In this document: piece after piece, positions 61,491 through 64,000 of the stretch
How positions within the stretch are numbered: position 1 is the first letter of the stretch
How the letters are laid out: the number at the start of each line of letters is the position of its first letter
NCBI GenBank assembly: GCA_047967505.1
Contig: CM106538.1
Reading direction: 5' to 3' (one strand)
Length of the DNA stretch: 64,000 nucleotides
DNA from: Dipteris shenzhenensis
Lineage: Eukaryota
Program-made: the position numbers and the translations under genes
Notes under the pieces: model-generated
Seen by the model: the letters and a program-made list of their open reading frames with translations, nothing else
Database searches by the model: none
Told to the model about the DNA's origin: nothing

Positions 61491-62879
61491 ATTAGGAAAA
61501 AAGGGAGCTCATTTTGGGGCCTTTTACGGTTTGGAAAAATAAGCTCTCAACCAATCAATAGAGGGCCAACGTAACGTTGGAAATTCACGAAAATAAGAGA
61601 AAATAGAAAAAAGAAACAATACTTTATGTAGGTACAAGCGTGCTACATCAATGTGGAGATTGGTTTTTTATTCTCACAAGATCTTTGGACAAGAAGATAG
61701 AATCTAAACTGACATTTTATCTGATAAGGGCCTTCCCGCTTCCACCTTCCTTTGAACTTTGAAATTTTGTGCCGCCTTTCCTTCGAAAGGTCTGCCATTC
61801 TACACCACTGCCTCATTGTGCAGCAGCCTTTTCTTTTCCAAAACTGCTCCCTTGATCCTATTTGGCATAGAGTAAGATGTTTCTCGTCAACTGTCTGTCT
61901 GCCCACTTTCTCTTTCTTGAAACTTCAAGTTGTTATCTTATTTACATTACTTTGCTATTGTTATAGATTCAGAAAATCTCCAAGGTGAATAAAAACCATG
62001 GCCGTTCTTGTGGAAGACGCTCTGTGGATGATAATGCTATGAAGGCCTCTTTGGTCTTTCTTCAGTTCATCATGTGGCCAGGAATCTCTTCAGCCTCACC
62101 TAATCTTCAGGATAGGAGAAGTACCAATTTCTGACACAAAAAACATATGTAACATCTAAAACACAATTTCCACAACAAAGAAGAAAGCTTCATTATAATA
62201 AAAATTACAATACATTAAACTAAGTAACACCTAGCTTGTGTGATGAAAGTAACATCACTTGGTTTTTCAATGTTCTATCCCTGGGGTGCTAGCTCCTTTT
62301 GGTAATAAATCTAATAAAATATTGAGTATGTAATGCATAAAAAATAACTCCATGAATAAAGTTTAGTCATGTTTGCATGTTGGTGTTCTACACTAAAATA
62401 GCTTTGAAAATAATGCATTTACATCTTGAAATTTACATAATGCATGTAGAAATCAAAGAAGGTTGGTCCATATTCTATTATAGTTATTGTTTAATGCCCC
62501 CTTAGTCTTGTATTGTCCAAAATATGCAAAATCCTTGTGATCTCACATATTTCATAAAGGACATGACATGTTTTGTGCATGGGAGGCCTTAAAATTTTAG
62601 ATTTTCCCCTTGAGTATTTAAGGTACTTTTGGGAGATCCATGCATATTCTATAAAACCTTATCCCCCTGTATCGTAGATTTTGAACTAGGTCACATAATA
62701 CGCAATGAGTTGGAACTCAATGATTCTACCAAATAATGAGGCAATTTGATGCCTGATACCATGCAATTACTTTCATTGTTGTATATCTATTGAGTTGTAT
62801 GTGGGTGCACCAATAGATTCCTACCAAAGATGGGGAGATAGCCTTATTAGCCAATTACATTCTCAGTGATCCTTCAAAT

Positions 62880-63375
62880 TCTATGAAAGACGAATTACCA
62901 TTTGGGTTACCTCCAAAAAAAATTGTTTATCATAAAATTGAGCTTGTTCTTAGGGTAGAACCTATTAATAGACCCCCTTATAGGTTGAGTTTATTGAAAA
63001 ATTTGAGATACATAGACGACTAGAAGAATACATCAAGTTAGGATAGATTTAACCTAGTTTCTCAGCTTTTACATCAATAATGACATTACAAACAAAGAAA
63101 TGTATGATACCTTTTGGTTATGTAACGATTAGTGAGGTTTGAGTAACATTACAATTATTTAATAAGCACAAGTATTTGATTGGCAAGCATTGATAAATGC
63201 ATGATATGGGGCTATAATTTTTAGTAAGATTGATCTTAAATGTGGGTACCACAAATTAAAATGCGAACACAAGATATGAGTAAAATGACTTTTAGATTCA
63301 AATTTGGTCATTAGGAGCTTTTGCAAGCCATTAGGGCTTAGTAATGCTCCAACTACATTTGCCATGCTCATGAAT
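62880..63375 (+). pseudogene. Ty3/Gypsy reverse transcriptase fragment, highly decayed
   Basis: GLPP....HKIEL....PINRPPYRLS; KIDLKCGYH; F...FGH.E...P.GLSNAPTTF..LMN. Confidence 0.8.
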
Positions 63376-63842
63376 GGTCTATAGGAATCAAAGATGTAGA
63401 GAGAGCACGTCATGAAGAGAGAGTGGGTAGTTCTAGAGAGTCACACCACTATCAAACATTCATACCTAATCCCAAGTTCCACACCTTTGGCTATGAAATA
63501 ACCCACAAACCCCCCTTTGAAGCAAGAGTGGCGAGATACAAGATGCAAGGATAACACCACTCTCCAACTCCATTGTAATACTAGAAAGAGCATGCTGATG
63601 AATGGTCTATAGGAATCAAAGATATAGAGAGAGCTACAAAGATTCATACTTATCCATCATGAAGAGAGAGTGGGTAGTTCTAGAGAGTCACACCACTATC
63701 AAACATTCATACCTAAGCCCAAATTCCACACCTTTGGCTATGAAATAACCCACAAACCCCCCTTTGAAGCAAAGGTGGTGAGATACAAGATGCAAAGATA
63801 ACACCACTCTCCAACTCCATTATAATACTAGAAAGAGCATGC
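63370..63842. repeat. ~230-250 bp tandem duplication
   Basis: atgaatggtctataggaatcaaaga at 63370 and 63598; catgaagagagagtgggtag at 63410 and 63658. Confidence 0.9.
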
Positions 63843-64000
63843 CTTATTGCCTAGACCTCCTATGTGACAGTGACTCTCATCGATCTACTCAAACCATAGT
63901 TAAGACCATCACTCAATCACCTCCCTGTGCTACTAACTAGGTACAGGTATTTTAAAAGCCTAGAACTAATTCTCTCACACAAGGAATGCAAAAATACAAT

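Overview
Eukaryotic plant nuclear DNA made almost entirely of nested, decayed transposable elements. Initiator-Met PBS sites, TTTAGGG repeats, GT-AG introns and CpG depletion mark it as plant; the element mix suggests a fern or other seed-free plant (inference). No intact host gene is evident. Well supported: three LTR elements with matching LTRs and 5-bp TSDs (10844-13770 gag-only, 40374-43198 non-coding, 50395-54425 RT-deleted Copia); a larger outer Copia (6578-16815); a complete CACTA-type element with CACAA ends and an ATT TSD (38357-48531); two Sola2-like transposase remnants; a rearranged L1 LINE; Gypsy remnants; and a 187-bp satellite with telomeric inserts. The most interesting locus is ~1400-6570. 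It holds a spliced, decayed minus-strand gene that fuses a ParB/Srx-like domain to a bacterial-type beta-class N6A/N4C DNA methyltransferase, and a ~41-bp array of palindromes lies just upstream. Once the nested Copia is removed, this locus lies next to a RAG1/Transib-Chapaev-like transposase remnant. The gene also carries an inserted fragment of an organellar-plasmid DNA polymerase. All family calls come from motifs read by eye; no searches were run.
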